Part shown: positions 24,324 to 35,776 of the stretch, one piece after another | Numbering within the stretch: the stretch's first letter is position 1 | Layout: every line of letters starts with the position of its first letter | Assembly: GCF_006345805.1 (NCBI RefSeq) | Contig: NC_043009.1 | Coordinates: forward strand, 60,078,001 to 60,142,000 | Source of the DNA: Octopus sinensis | Lineage: Eukaryota | DNA length: 64,000 nt | Direction: 5' to 3' | Notes under the pieces: model-generated | What the model was told of the DNA's origin: nothing | Seen by the model: only the letters and a program-made list of their open reading frames with translations | Databases searched by the model: none | Program-made: the position numbers and the translations under genes

Positions 24324-24607
24324 ACCACGCTTTTGTTGGTTGTTTTTGGTGCCTATCTAGTCGCGTGCGGGTATGGCCATCTTTTCGATGATTCTACCCT
24401 CGGCGTAGGTGAACAATGAGGAATTGGCAACTGAAGAGGCACAAGACTGCATTAGAACTCGGCTGGGACTCAGTTTCAGCTGAGTAGACTCGTACGGCGT
24501 GAAACGAACTGATTTTCTCAAGGACATAACGCGCCACCCAGTCCAAGAATCGAACCCGTGACATTATGACCGTTTGAAGAACATCGTAACCACGAGGCCA
24601 TGCCTCT
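24324..24607 (-). mobile_element. Old CORE-like SINE (target of the family C insertion)
   Basis: Minus strand gaggcatggcctcgtggttacg...gggttcgattc (tRNA head), tgtccttgagaaaa, gtctactcagctg. Confidence 0.6.
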
Positions 24608-24680
24608 TTATATGCATCAGGCAATTACACACACACACACACATACTCGCACGCGCACGCGTGCACCCCCCCCCACATTT

Positions 24681-25278
24681 AATGGATCCAATACAACAAC
24701 CATAAACGTTCAGCACAATGCTTGGACAGAGACGAGCCACCAAAACACAGTCCGAAAACAAAATTCATCAAAAGAAGCTGATGGTGTGTGTTTGGTGGTC
24801 TGGCGCAGGTGGGATCCATTATGATTTCATTAAACCTGGCTCATCAATCACGGCCGAAGTATACTGCGTCCAACTAGACCAACTGATGCAGAAACTTACT
24901 AAAAAAAACAGCCCAGATGAGTAAACAGATCCACTCCTATTTTATTGCAAGACAACGCCAGACCACACATCGCAAAAATGACATTGGCGAAACTACAGAA
25001 TTTTGCTCCCACTGACTACCACTTCTTCCAGAATCTATATAACTTTATGGTATGAAAAAGTTTAATTCCGACGATGTTGTAAAACATGCCTTCCATGATT
25101 TTATTGACTCTAGCTTGCCAAGCTTTTACAGTTCCGGGTTGGACAAGCTACCGCTGAAATGGGAAAAGTGTATTGACAATATGGGTGCATACTTTGATGA
25201 ATAAAACTATTCCTTGTATTTTTAAAACACGAGCAAAACGCCCCCCGTCCAATGGACGGTGCTGAGTTGTCAAACATA
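24681..25278 (+). pseudogene. 5'-truncated mariner transposase pseudogene with 3' end of the element
   Basis: WIQYNNHKRSAQCLDRDEPPKHSPK/IHQKKLMVCVWWSGAGGIHYDFIKPGSSITAEVYCVQLDQL/VNRSTPILLQDNARPHIAK...FAPTDYHFF...GLDKLPLKWEKCIDNMGAYFDE* (stop at 25204). Frameshifts; the HPPYSPD segment is deleted. Confidence 0.92.
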
Positions 25279-25753
25279 TATACATACACACATACATACA
25301 TACATGCATACATACATACATACACATATATGCATACATACCTATACAAACATACATATATACATACACATATATGCATACATACCTATACAAACATACA
25401 TATATACATACACATATATACATATATACACATACATATATGCATATACACATACATGTATACATATATATACACACATAAGATACATATATATATCTAT
25501 CTATCTCTCTCTATATATATATCACCTTCGAAACGTAGAGTAGATGAAACCATGGCGACTGAAGAAGGGGTTTTTTCTTTCTGTTAATTGTCCTGTACTC
25601 TATTTTTTTTTTTGTTTAAAAAAATGTCTATGTTTTCGTTTCTCATTGTGTTCGACGTTTTTTTGGTGTCCTGTACTCATATATGCGTGTATATATACAT
25701 GTAGAGGTAGGTACGTACATATATGTATATATATATGCATATGTTTTTATTTA

Positions 25754-25795
<42 letters not shown>

Positions 25796-25845
25796 AAGAT
25801 ATATACATATACATACATATAGATACATACATATATACATACATA

Positions 25846-26049
25846 CTGCACGTGCATTTTTCTCGCGTACACGTAGTATCGATCGCAACAGTTGATGTAC
25901 TTGCGCGTACAAATGTACGTTCCCACGGCTTTATCGATTGCATTCTCACCTGGAATCGATTTTTGTAAATTTTTCAAGACTTATACACGCCCTGATACCG
26001 TCAGTATCTATATATCAAATTTGAGCTCAATCGGGTGGAGGATGCCCGA

Positions 26050-26110
<61 letters not shown>

Positions 26111-26128
26111 CGGATTTTATATAATAGA
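25846..26128 (-). mobile_element. Probable Helitron 5' portion with internal (TG)n
   Basis: Minus strand starts A|TCTATTATATAAAATCCGTTCTG(TG)n...ccgattgagctcaaatttg, like microsatellite-bearing non-autonomous Helitrons; no 3' CTAG end found. Confidence 0.5.
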
Positions 26129-26299
26129 TTAACAAACTTTTTTCTTTTACAAATTTCTTACTTGACGACCAAATATGCATCACTATATAAATGTATGCAT
26201 GAATGTATGTACATTTTTGTTTGAGATTTAGCTTAATTCTTCTCAGATTTCAAGTTGATCACTAAGAAAGTGACCAGAATATTTTGTTTGAGTCAAAAC

Positions 26300-27900
26300 A
26301 GTTTTATAGATTGGGGTACGTGTGACATTTATATTCATTGCTCCATTTCCTGTTCTGTGGGTGTTAGCTGTGAGAGACGATGTCACTCAAAAGCTGTTTA
26401 GTCTCACCTTATGTTATCTCCTTTCTTCACACTGTTTAATTGAAACTAACGGATGATGGCAAAGGCACAAGGTCGATTCGGAAGTTAGTGATGATTAATA
26501 TTGTTGTGTCGGGTATTCATTAGCAACCTTTTCGAACACTCATATTATCAAGTCAGGAAGGATTTCTTTCAGCTCATATAATCGCTCTTTAGTTGATGTC
26601 AACAATGAAATTCACCTTAAATATAATCCGTGTTGAAGTGTCGGATTTCTTCAGGTGTCCAAGGTTGGAACAAGCACCGTTGCTGTAAACACATTATGAG
26701 ATGTCAGTTTATTGAATTCAGATATCTCTGACTTCCTTTTCAACCGAATTCTGCTGAATTATTCCGTTGTCAATTCAGCTTTTCTCACAATACAAACATA
26801 TGCAATATTCCCATAAATTTCGAAATGTTAATAACACTCGTTCGTAGAGTTAGAATAGATAGATGGGTTATTCATATCCATATTCTTTGTCTACTCAACA
26901 AATTTTTTTGTCGATTGATTGCCAAATATGAACACTTATCTTGATCAAACGCTGCGGGAGGCTATTGCAAGCAGCTCTATCTCATGACGTCATGAACATT
27001 ACCCCCAAAAAGCTTCAGGTCATCGACACAATAAAAGATGTGGGTGACGTTATTTTACCTTTATTTTGTAGACCCTACAATAAAACCTTGGCATTTCCTC
27101 AGCTGTGCTGATAAGTAGTTCGCTGCCGAGGTGAACGGCATTACTGACAAGTGGTAATCTAATTATGTTTCTACCTATAGAAATTACACCAGTTCTTAGT
27201 TATACTTACGTGGACAGATAATCTTTTAATAGTATCGAAAACAGGAAATGGAAACTTGCCAGAGCGTAGGGCCTCTAGTATTCAAAAGTGAAGGACAACG
27301 TTACACGTCTTCTAACCAATCTGTCAGTAGATTTTGGTGATACTGCTTCGCCCCTTTAAGAACAACTCGGCACACACTCCTTTCTTTTGTCCTGCCTGCT
27401 TAGCAATCATCATATATGTTTCTTTGTGATCTCAGAGAAATGCATTCAAACATCCGGTGTTCAGTTTATTCATAACATTTAAGTATATTCTGAGATTGCA
27501 TCTTAATATCGTATGTATTTCTTAGTGCTTGGGGACATCGAGTCAGCATTCCATATGTTTTTGAAATGGTTGACAAGATCTTTCCCGTAAAACGTGGCCT
27601 TTTTACCGATAACCGCCAACAGATCTCATTCACAACTGTCAAGAGCGTTTCACAAGTATAATTATATTTGTTAGCAGAGACATGCGCACAGTACTCCCTT
27701 ATTAGCTCATTTAACCATACTGCATTGTATTTGTGCTTCTTATTTACATTCCAGATTCCTTACCCACTCCTCACAAAATCTAGATTATCTTGAGAATGTA
27801 GATTTATAACTTGAATGGTGTGATCTTCCCATGCTTCGATACACATCTCGTGGATTTAAGGAAAATGTGCGGTTGATAGGCCAACGTTCTTGTCATTTCA
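26300..27900 (-). pseudogene. Decayed R4/Dong-clade reverse transcriptase
   Basis: Minus strand VTHIFYCVDDLKLFG (27048-27004, cf. ISHLLYMDDLKLY), then AFDQDKCSYL (~26950-26922, cf. FGxDKC), then IRLKRKSEISEFNKLTSHNVFTATVLVPTL (~26750-26660, cf. RxxKIxxSELxxxNKxxAxNxFAxPVL), in the correct order. Confidence 0.7.
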
Positions 27901-28255
27901 TTAATAACAAAGTTTTTGATTTTCAGGTCATTATCCGTGCTTGAAGGCAACTATTACTTACCTTATGAGTGTCTCTCGAATGCGGTTTCCGTACATTATA
28001 GGTAATCTATCATAAATTTCGTAATTAGTCCTTCATAAATTCATTATTCATTTTGCATAATATACTGACAGTATCCAATTTCCGATGTTTTTCCGTAGTC
28101 TGGTTGCGTGTTATTCTTACCAGCGATCACTTTCAATCCAATCTTTGGTGAACAATGATTATAATACGATACAGTAAAACGTCCAATGTCCGAAATCTGG
28201 GAGATTTCAATTTGGGAAAGGTGTTCTTTCATAACTTTATCGATTGCGGATAACA

Positions 28256-28484
28256 TTAACCCTTTAGCATTTAAACCGGCCATATCCGGCCATAAGTATT
28301 CTGCCTGTTTTATGGTCAAACTGGCCAGATCTGGTCTCTCACACCTACCCTACAATGTCATTTTAAAAATTAACAGCTTCCTCATCAAAATCTTACAGCT
28401 ATAAGATGATGCATGATTAGTTCAAAACAATGTGGATAAAAAAGCATTAGTTTTGGCAGAATAATGCAAACACTAAAGAGTTAA
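28256..28484. mobile_element. piggyBac-like MITE with TTAA TSD
   Basis: TTAA-ccctttagcatt ... aacactaaagag-TTAA: imperfect TIRs beginning CCC, 221 bp between the TTAA sites. Confidence 0.75.
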
Positions 28485-29119
28485 GCCAATGGATCTTTTA
28501 TCGACTCGTGTCATTCATTCCTTTAGTAGGTTATTAATGCAAACAAGGAACTTCGCATGAAATCTTGTTGCGAGCTATGCTGTGAGCTCTTTTTCAGCCG
28601 TCACCTGTTTCTGTTTGTTCACAAGCGATTCTGAGAAATGGCAGCATTCCAATTTTTAGCAATCTTCCCGCCAGTAATAAATTAATCCGATTAAGCAACA
28701 AGAAAGCGATATACATTGAAATCTGTCTGTTTCCGTAAACTGTAAAATGGAATACTCAGCAGTTGATGAAATTGCAAAGCAAGATTGAAACTTAACTCGG
28801 TAATCCCCCTTTTCTAACCACAGAGATTCTGTAATTGTTAATATACGTCTGTCTATACGTAGTACAGTGCTTGCAAAAATCTATATGTATATTGCGTAGT
28901 AGTACAGTACAGTATTCATATAAAAACACTGTGACGCCACTATATATATATATATAATTATATAATAATATATATATATATATAATCAATAATAATAAAG
29001 GGTAAAATTAATTAATCAATTTATAATAATAATCTTCCAAGTAGTTCGGTGTCTTAAAAGAACTATTATCGGTAAATTTATAAAAGAATTATCATAATTA
29101 TAAACATAATTATATTTAA

Positions 29120-29256
29120 GGTTTAGCAAAATTGCTTCACCACATACCGAAATTTAGAAATAGCAGTTAAATACTATTCTACGTCTTATTGTAGTGGAAT
29201 AGTATTTAACTGGTATTTCTAAATTTTGGTGTGTGGTGAAGCAATTTTACTAAACC
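29120..29256. repeat. Long inverted repeat (63-bp arms, 11-nt loop)
   Basis: 29120-29182 versus the reverse complement of 29194-29256 differ at 5 positions. Confidence 0.92.
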
Positions 29257-29295
29257 CTAATGGTCGCAGTCAAAATGACTGAAACAAGTAAAAGA

Positions 29296-29348
<53 letters not shown>

Positions 29349-30173
29349 ATGTGTGTGTGTGTGTGTGTGTGTGTTGTGTGTGTGTATAACGTACACATAT
29401 ACCATACTATATATACACATACATGTACAGATATACATATAATATGTATGTGTCTCTCTTTACGTTAACTTCCTGCAGCCTCTTGTGTTGCTTTTCTGAG
29501 TCGGCAGATTATTATTGATATATTCTTGTCTATCTGCTATTTTTGAGTGTGTACGTATATATATATATACATGTGTGTGTGTGTGTGTGAAGAAACAACT
29601 CAAACAAATACCTGGGCTGATAAAAGCGCATGCAAACATATACAACACACTACCGTGTATAATGACGTAATGTTTCGCAAGCTAGAAGAATATGGAACGT
29701 ACGAGAAGACAAGACATAAAGTGTTAAATATTTCTTTTGGCAGTGAAAAAGATTGTTTTAAAAATCTATATTATCTATCAAATTACCTACAGACAGTTAT
29801 TGCAAATAATGATAGATGGCTGAAAATTATACATTTTCTGTTACACCTACAGTAAGTATGCTGTCCACCAGATGTATTATGAGCTATTTTTGAATTAACA
29901 ATAAGGTATGACTTTGAGCTTATTAACATTGCAGCCATGAGAGATGGCTTGGTGTGGACGAACGTAAGCTCGTTCCTTGAAGCAACTTCAAAATGAGTTT
30001 AAGATTTTGGTGTGTTTTAGTTGTTTCAGTCACTGGACTGAGGCCAAGCTGGAGTAGCACCTTCAAGAGTTTAGTCAAACACATCGAACCGTTGAAATAC
30101 AAGGACGTAAACAATGCTACACCGGGGTACAAACACAGACACATACACATTTAACATAAATTTACTTACATAT

Positions 30174-30211
<38 letters not shown>

Positions 30212-30436
30212 ATATATGTATGTATGTATGTATATGTATATAATAAGTTTAAAAGATAATAAATGCACAAGCCAACGGGAATCAGACACAGAAAGTCGCC
30301 AAATCTTCATCAGTTATCATCCATAGGGTCAAACGCAATTTCGTGCCTTATATATATATATATATTGGTATGTTGATGCAAGTACGAAAAATAGAACTCA
30401 AAATATGAGTATATGTATATATGTTTATTGATATCT

Positions 30437-30523
30437 AGCAGAAGTAATAGAGTGACTCAAGGTTCGCGAGTGACTCATGATTCGAGAAACTCTTGGACCA
30501 TAAGTCACTCTGTTACTTCTACT
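30437..30523. repeat. Imperfect hairpin (35-bp arms, 17-nt loop)
   Basis: agcagaagtaatagagtgactcaaggttcgcgagt pairs with actcttggaccataagtcactctgttacttctact. Confidence 0.75.
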
Positions 30524-30580
30524 TATTATAAATATATAAACATACTCACACACATACATATACATACATACATACACCCG

Positions 30581-30612
<32 letters not shown>

Positions 30613-31419
30613 ATACACATATGCGCCTGTATATTTCTGTATCTATGTACCTGTATATATCTATGCGCAGATACGTTTATGTACGTAGCTTTATGAGCGC
30701 TTATACCATCAAAACATCGACCACTAGTAATCAATCAAATTCGGGTTGCGATCTTCTCCGGGAAACTAAGCCAGTCTCAAATATCGCCGCCAATAAGTAC
30801 GTTTCCATTACTGTCTATTTTATCTCCACATATTACCAAACGTTACACCGACACTTTTGGTCTCACCTGGGAAAAGGCAACCACACTTATATGATACGTA
30901 CCTACACTATAAACAAAATGCTGTCGCAAGATATAGGAGAGAAAATACATATGCATATACAGACACTTTATACTAACACATAGACTATGTTTATTATGAA
31001 GGAAAACAACAGTTGAATGTAGATAAAATTATAAGCAATGTTTTCACACTACTATTACTATTAGCATTATCTATTACTATATTTATTTGTAGAGTTTTTT
31101 TGTAATTATCATTGATAATAACTCATCAAGTAATGTTGTGTTTTATTGAAATCCAAATATTTGAGTTCCTTTTTTTCTTTCCCACCTATTATTTTCTTTT
31201 AATATAATTTCGATATAATTTTTACCAATATATTTTTATACGACGTCAGTTAGTTGTTGCTAGTTTTTACTTCTCTCTCTCTCTCTCTCTCTCCCTCTCT
31301 CTCTCTCCATCTTCTCTCCCTCTCTCTCTCTCTCTCTCTCTTACACACCCACACTCTCTCCTCTCTGTCTGTCTTCATCTCTCTCTCTCTTTCTTTCTGT
31401 ATGCATGTACATAAGTATA

Positions 31420-31457
<38 letters not shown>

Positions 31458-31521
31458 GCACACACACACACACACACATATATATATACATACATATATA
31501 TATATATATATACATATATAT

Positions 31522-31566
<45 letters not shown>

Positions 31567-31839
31567 CATATATATATATTACACATATATATATATACAC
31601 ATATATATATATACATATATATATATACACATATATATATACATATATATATATACACATATATATATACATATATATATACATATATATATATACACAT
31701 ATATATATACATATATATATATACACACATATATATATACATACACATATATATATATATACATATATACATACACACATATATATATACATACACATAT
31801 ATATATATACATATATATATATATACATATATATGTATC

Positions 31840-31873
<34 letters not shown>

Positions 31874-32803
31874 TATGTATTATGAATCATATTGAAAATA
31901 TCTTTCAATTTGATAAAAAGAAATGGAGAATTCCGACACCAACCAACACTTTCCAAAACATCATAAATAGCAGTGTGAAACCAATTTATATATATACTTA
32001 CTTACAAAGCTCAATATACGCGCGCGCGCATTTGTGTATATATGTATATAGATATTAAACGGAAATTGTGCGGAAGACTGTCGGATGCTTATCCTTCTTT
32101 CGCCCCCTCAACGGCGTTCTCCGATAGTCTCCTTCTTAAGACTTTTATGTCTTCTCAGATAACACTAGTAAAGCGTACTTGAAAATAGAAGACTGCGTGG
32201 AACAACTCGGTATGCTTGTGATCTCTATTACCATTAGGGACCAACCACAAAGTGGGTCACCTCCAAACCAACGTGCAGATTAATAAACATCCTCAAGAAT
32301 GGACTGGATTTAAAAAGGATATCGACACGATTAGCCTTAAAATTAGGTGCGTATACAAAATTAGTGCAATAAAACTGCAGTGCTGCGGGATGACGTCAGC
32401 AGCCGGGGAGCTGACCGGAACTTGGGGCTGACCGGAAGAGGAATGGGCAGGAGGGACGCACGGGCAGGCAGGGGAGGATTGGGCCTCTTCGATCGGGGCA
32501 GCGGACAGAGCTGGACATGTGAGCGCTTAGTCAAGGTAGGGGAAAAGCAGCTGCTATTTCTAGCATTCGGGTCGGGCCACTTGGAAGGGCGCGTTACCGC
32601 TGAAGAGGTCTACGTCGACGAAGAGACGGTAGGTGTCTCTATTTCAAATCTCCCGCATACACCACAAGTGCCAACACCATTAAACGCTCACTAGTGTCGT
32701 AAACAACGACCCAATTACTTATAGTTTCAGTCATGACGTTTCTTTATTCAGCTTGTGTTGTCGCTCTCCCTATGAAACTCTAAGACGGGTCTGACCGATG
32801 ATT

Positions 32804-33280
32804 GAAAACGGTTTCGGCTGGTCTTGAATCGACGTTCAATAAGCTTCAGGTTTGTCTTGCATGTAAAATGGTGCTGTATAAAATTCCAACAGAGCAGTTC
32901 AGTATTTTCCAACAGCTATGTTAAGATCAGTAAGGAATTTCTTGTTCTTGTGTTGACCTTTAGAAATTAAATCTGACTTTCTATTCAAGTTGTCTATTGG
33001 TTTAGGGAGAATAAAGTACTTCTGGTCATTGTAAAGTTTGTTGCAGTAGTTTTGGCATGCAGTGTGCCTAATCCTGAACTTCATCATTGACCAAGTGATA
33101 CTGGAAATTATTAATTCCGTGGTTCTAGAACACTATGTAAGACATGACGCTGGTGTTGTATTTCGTTTGCTTATACATCTAAAGTTACACTTATGGTTTA
33201 AGTACGGCTTAAAGGCCTGCCCTTGTACATTTCGATATATAATTTTGGAGTTCATGCACTCTTGGAAGCTGAAACAATAG
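32804..33280 (-). pseudogene. Penelope-like GIY-YIG endonuclease remnant with degenerate hammerhead downstream
   Basis: CMNSKIIYR...FKPYLNHKCNFR...RNTT and KYFIL...NLNRKSDLISKGQHKNK (cf. LLNKRSELISKCRHxNK); decayed CTGAAG...gccGAAAccgtTT at 32850-32805. Confidence 0.65.
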
Positions 33281-33325
33281 ACAGATAGACAAATTAGGAA
33301 TTTAGTTTTGTATAAATTACTGAAC

Positions 33326-33735
33326 AGAAACAAAACGCCTAATTTCCATATCTTTCCATTATACCAATGCAAAGATTCAATCTCCTTACAAAAACGCCCA
33401 AACAAGGAAAACCTGTTCATACAAAAGCACAGGCCACACCTTAATATACAAACTTGACCACTTCAAAAATTATACTGAGGAGTTAGCTGTCCCACTTACC
33501 ACCTGTTACCTCCCTTGGTTCACTCTCTAGACACATTCTTATTGGCGAGACCCCTTTGTCACAAGAATTAATTACTTCACACTGTCCCTTGAAAAGCTAA
33601 TTTAAATAGCGAAAACCGGTTGGATATCACTATATCCATAAGATATTTATTTATCTTAAAAAATTTTCTTTATAAAAAGATATTAAAATGTGAAACGAAG
33701 GCATTTCTTTTCCACTTTTTATGTTTTCCACATGT
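33326..33735 (+). mobile_element. Second Penelope-like 3' end: GIY-YIG C-terminus plus pLTR with degenerate hammerhead
   Basis: PNFHIFPLYQC...RPNKENLFIQKHRPHLNIQT* (stop at 33457); gtcc-cttgaaaa-gcta atttaaa tagc-GAAA(a)-ccgg-TT-ggat at 33584-33625. Confidence 0.65.
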
Positions 33736-33766
33736 TTTCAACACACACACACACACACACACACAG

Positions 33767-33825
<59 letters not shown>

Positions 33826-33828
<3 letters not shown>

Positions 33829-33975
33829 CTTTCCGTTTTTTCGTCTCAGTCCATTCTCTCGAAGAGCGTAGGATCGAAACGTCAAATACTTTCCCATTCT
33901 TCCTGAGCGTCAAACTAATACATCTACGTGTTCCTTCACCTGTCTTTGTCTTTTGCTTTCTATAAATTTGAATTA
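33826..33975 (+). mobile_element. Short PLE-type repeat with minimal hammerhead-like motif
   Basis: CTCTCGA a GAGC gtag GATC GAAA cg TC; homologous to 61764-61935 (-). Confidence 0.55.
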
Positions 33976-34541
33976 CACACACACTCACACACACATTCAC
34001 AGATCATATACATATATACATATGAATAAATATATTCATATATATACATATATATAGACACTCGTGTAAGAATATATATGTATATATGCGTGTATATATA
34101 TTTTTACCGCGCAATATATATGTGTGTGTGCGTGTATATATATATTATACATCTATATATTATATATATAATATATATATATATATTATATATATATATA
34201 TAATATGCGTGGTGTGTATGTGATCTTTGCAAGTAATTCTATTTCAGTGTGTGTTCGTATTTAGAGGGTGGTGTGATGTCTTATTACGTGCGTACTCGTA
34301 CGCTTACATATATATTTACATCATTATACAAGCATATATATATATTAGTAGTTTTATATTTCCTTTCAAGAGGTCTCACGTTTTACAAATCCATTTCAAA
34401 GCTATTATTATTTCTATAACCCAGACTAATTTTTTTCTGAAAACTCTTTCAACACCATACATATATATTCAATTCTATTATTCTGTTATTCTATTAACAG
34501 TTTAAGCTAATGGCTGGGGCAATGCTGGGACACCGCCATTA

Positions 34542-34779
34542 CTCTTTTACTCTCTTTTACTCTTTTACTTGTTTCAGTCATTTGACTGCGGCCATGCTGG
34601 AGCACCGCCTTTAATCGAGCAACTCGACCCCGGGACTTATTCTTTTTTGTAAGCCCAGTACTTATTCTATCGGTCTCTTTTGCCGAACGCTAAGTAACGG
34701 GGAAATAAACACACCAGCATCGATTGTCAAGCAATGCTAGGGGGACAAACACAGACACACACATACATATATACACTCA

Positions 34780-34833
<54 letters not shown>

Positions 34834-34998
34834 TACGACAAGTTTCTTTCAGTTTCCGTTTACCAAATCCACTCACAATGCATTGGTCGGCCCGGGGCTA
34901 TAGCAGAAGACACTTGCCCAAGAGCCACGCAGTGGGACTGAACCCGGAACCATGTGGTTGGTTAGCAAGCAACTTAAAAACACAGCTACTCCTGCGCC
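34542..34998 (-). mobile_element. SINE family B, full length, flanked by ~115-bp direct repeats
   Basis: Aligns with 5946-6329; tail (gtaaaaga)n; repeats at 34426-34541 and 34998-35112. Confidence 0.9.
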
Positions 34999-35266
34999 TA
35001 ATTCTTTCTGAAAACTCTTTCAACACCATACATATATATTCAATTCCATTATTCCATTATTCTATTATCAGTTTGAGCTAAAGGCTGAGGCAATCCTGGG
35101 ACACCGCCATTAGGAATATTACTTCTTATTCTAGGCTCACTTCTCGGTCCTGTCTCTGAAATCGGTCTTAATGAAGTAACGAGTTGCACAGGGCTGCCCT
35201 TCTCTGCGTATCTTGCCGTAATATAGGTTCATCTTGTATATTAGATAAAAATTTAGCTAATTTATA

Positions 35267-35468
35267 GGCGTGGGAGTGGCTGTGTGGTAAGTAGCTTGCT
35301 TACCAACGACATGGTTCCGGGTTCAGTCCCACTGCGTCGCACCTTGGGCAAGTGTCTTCCACTATAGCCTTGGGCCGACCAAAGCCTTGTGAGTAGATAT
35401 GTATATATGTATATATATATACATACATATCTACTCATATATATATATATACATATACATATCTACTC

Positions 35469-35502
<34 letters not shown>

Positions 35503-35696
35503 ATATATGCTTGTGTGTCTGTGTTTGTCCCCCAACCGATGCTGGTGTGTTTACGTCCCCGTAACTTAGCGGTTCGGCAAAACAGACCGATAGAATAAGT
35601 CCTTACAAAGAATAAGTCCTGGGGTCGATTTGCTCGACTAAAGGCGGTGTGCTCCAGCATGGCTGCAGTCAAATGACTGTAACAAGTAAAAAGAGT
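35267..35696 (+). mobile_element. SINE family B
   Basis: ggcgtgggagtggctgtgtggtaag...gggttcagtccc...gcaccttgggcaagtgtcttc; expanded internal microsatellite; standard tail. Confidence 0.88.
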
Positions 35697-35711
35697 ATAT
35701 ACGTGTGTCTA

Positions 35712-35776
<65 letters not shown>

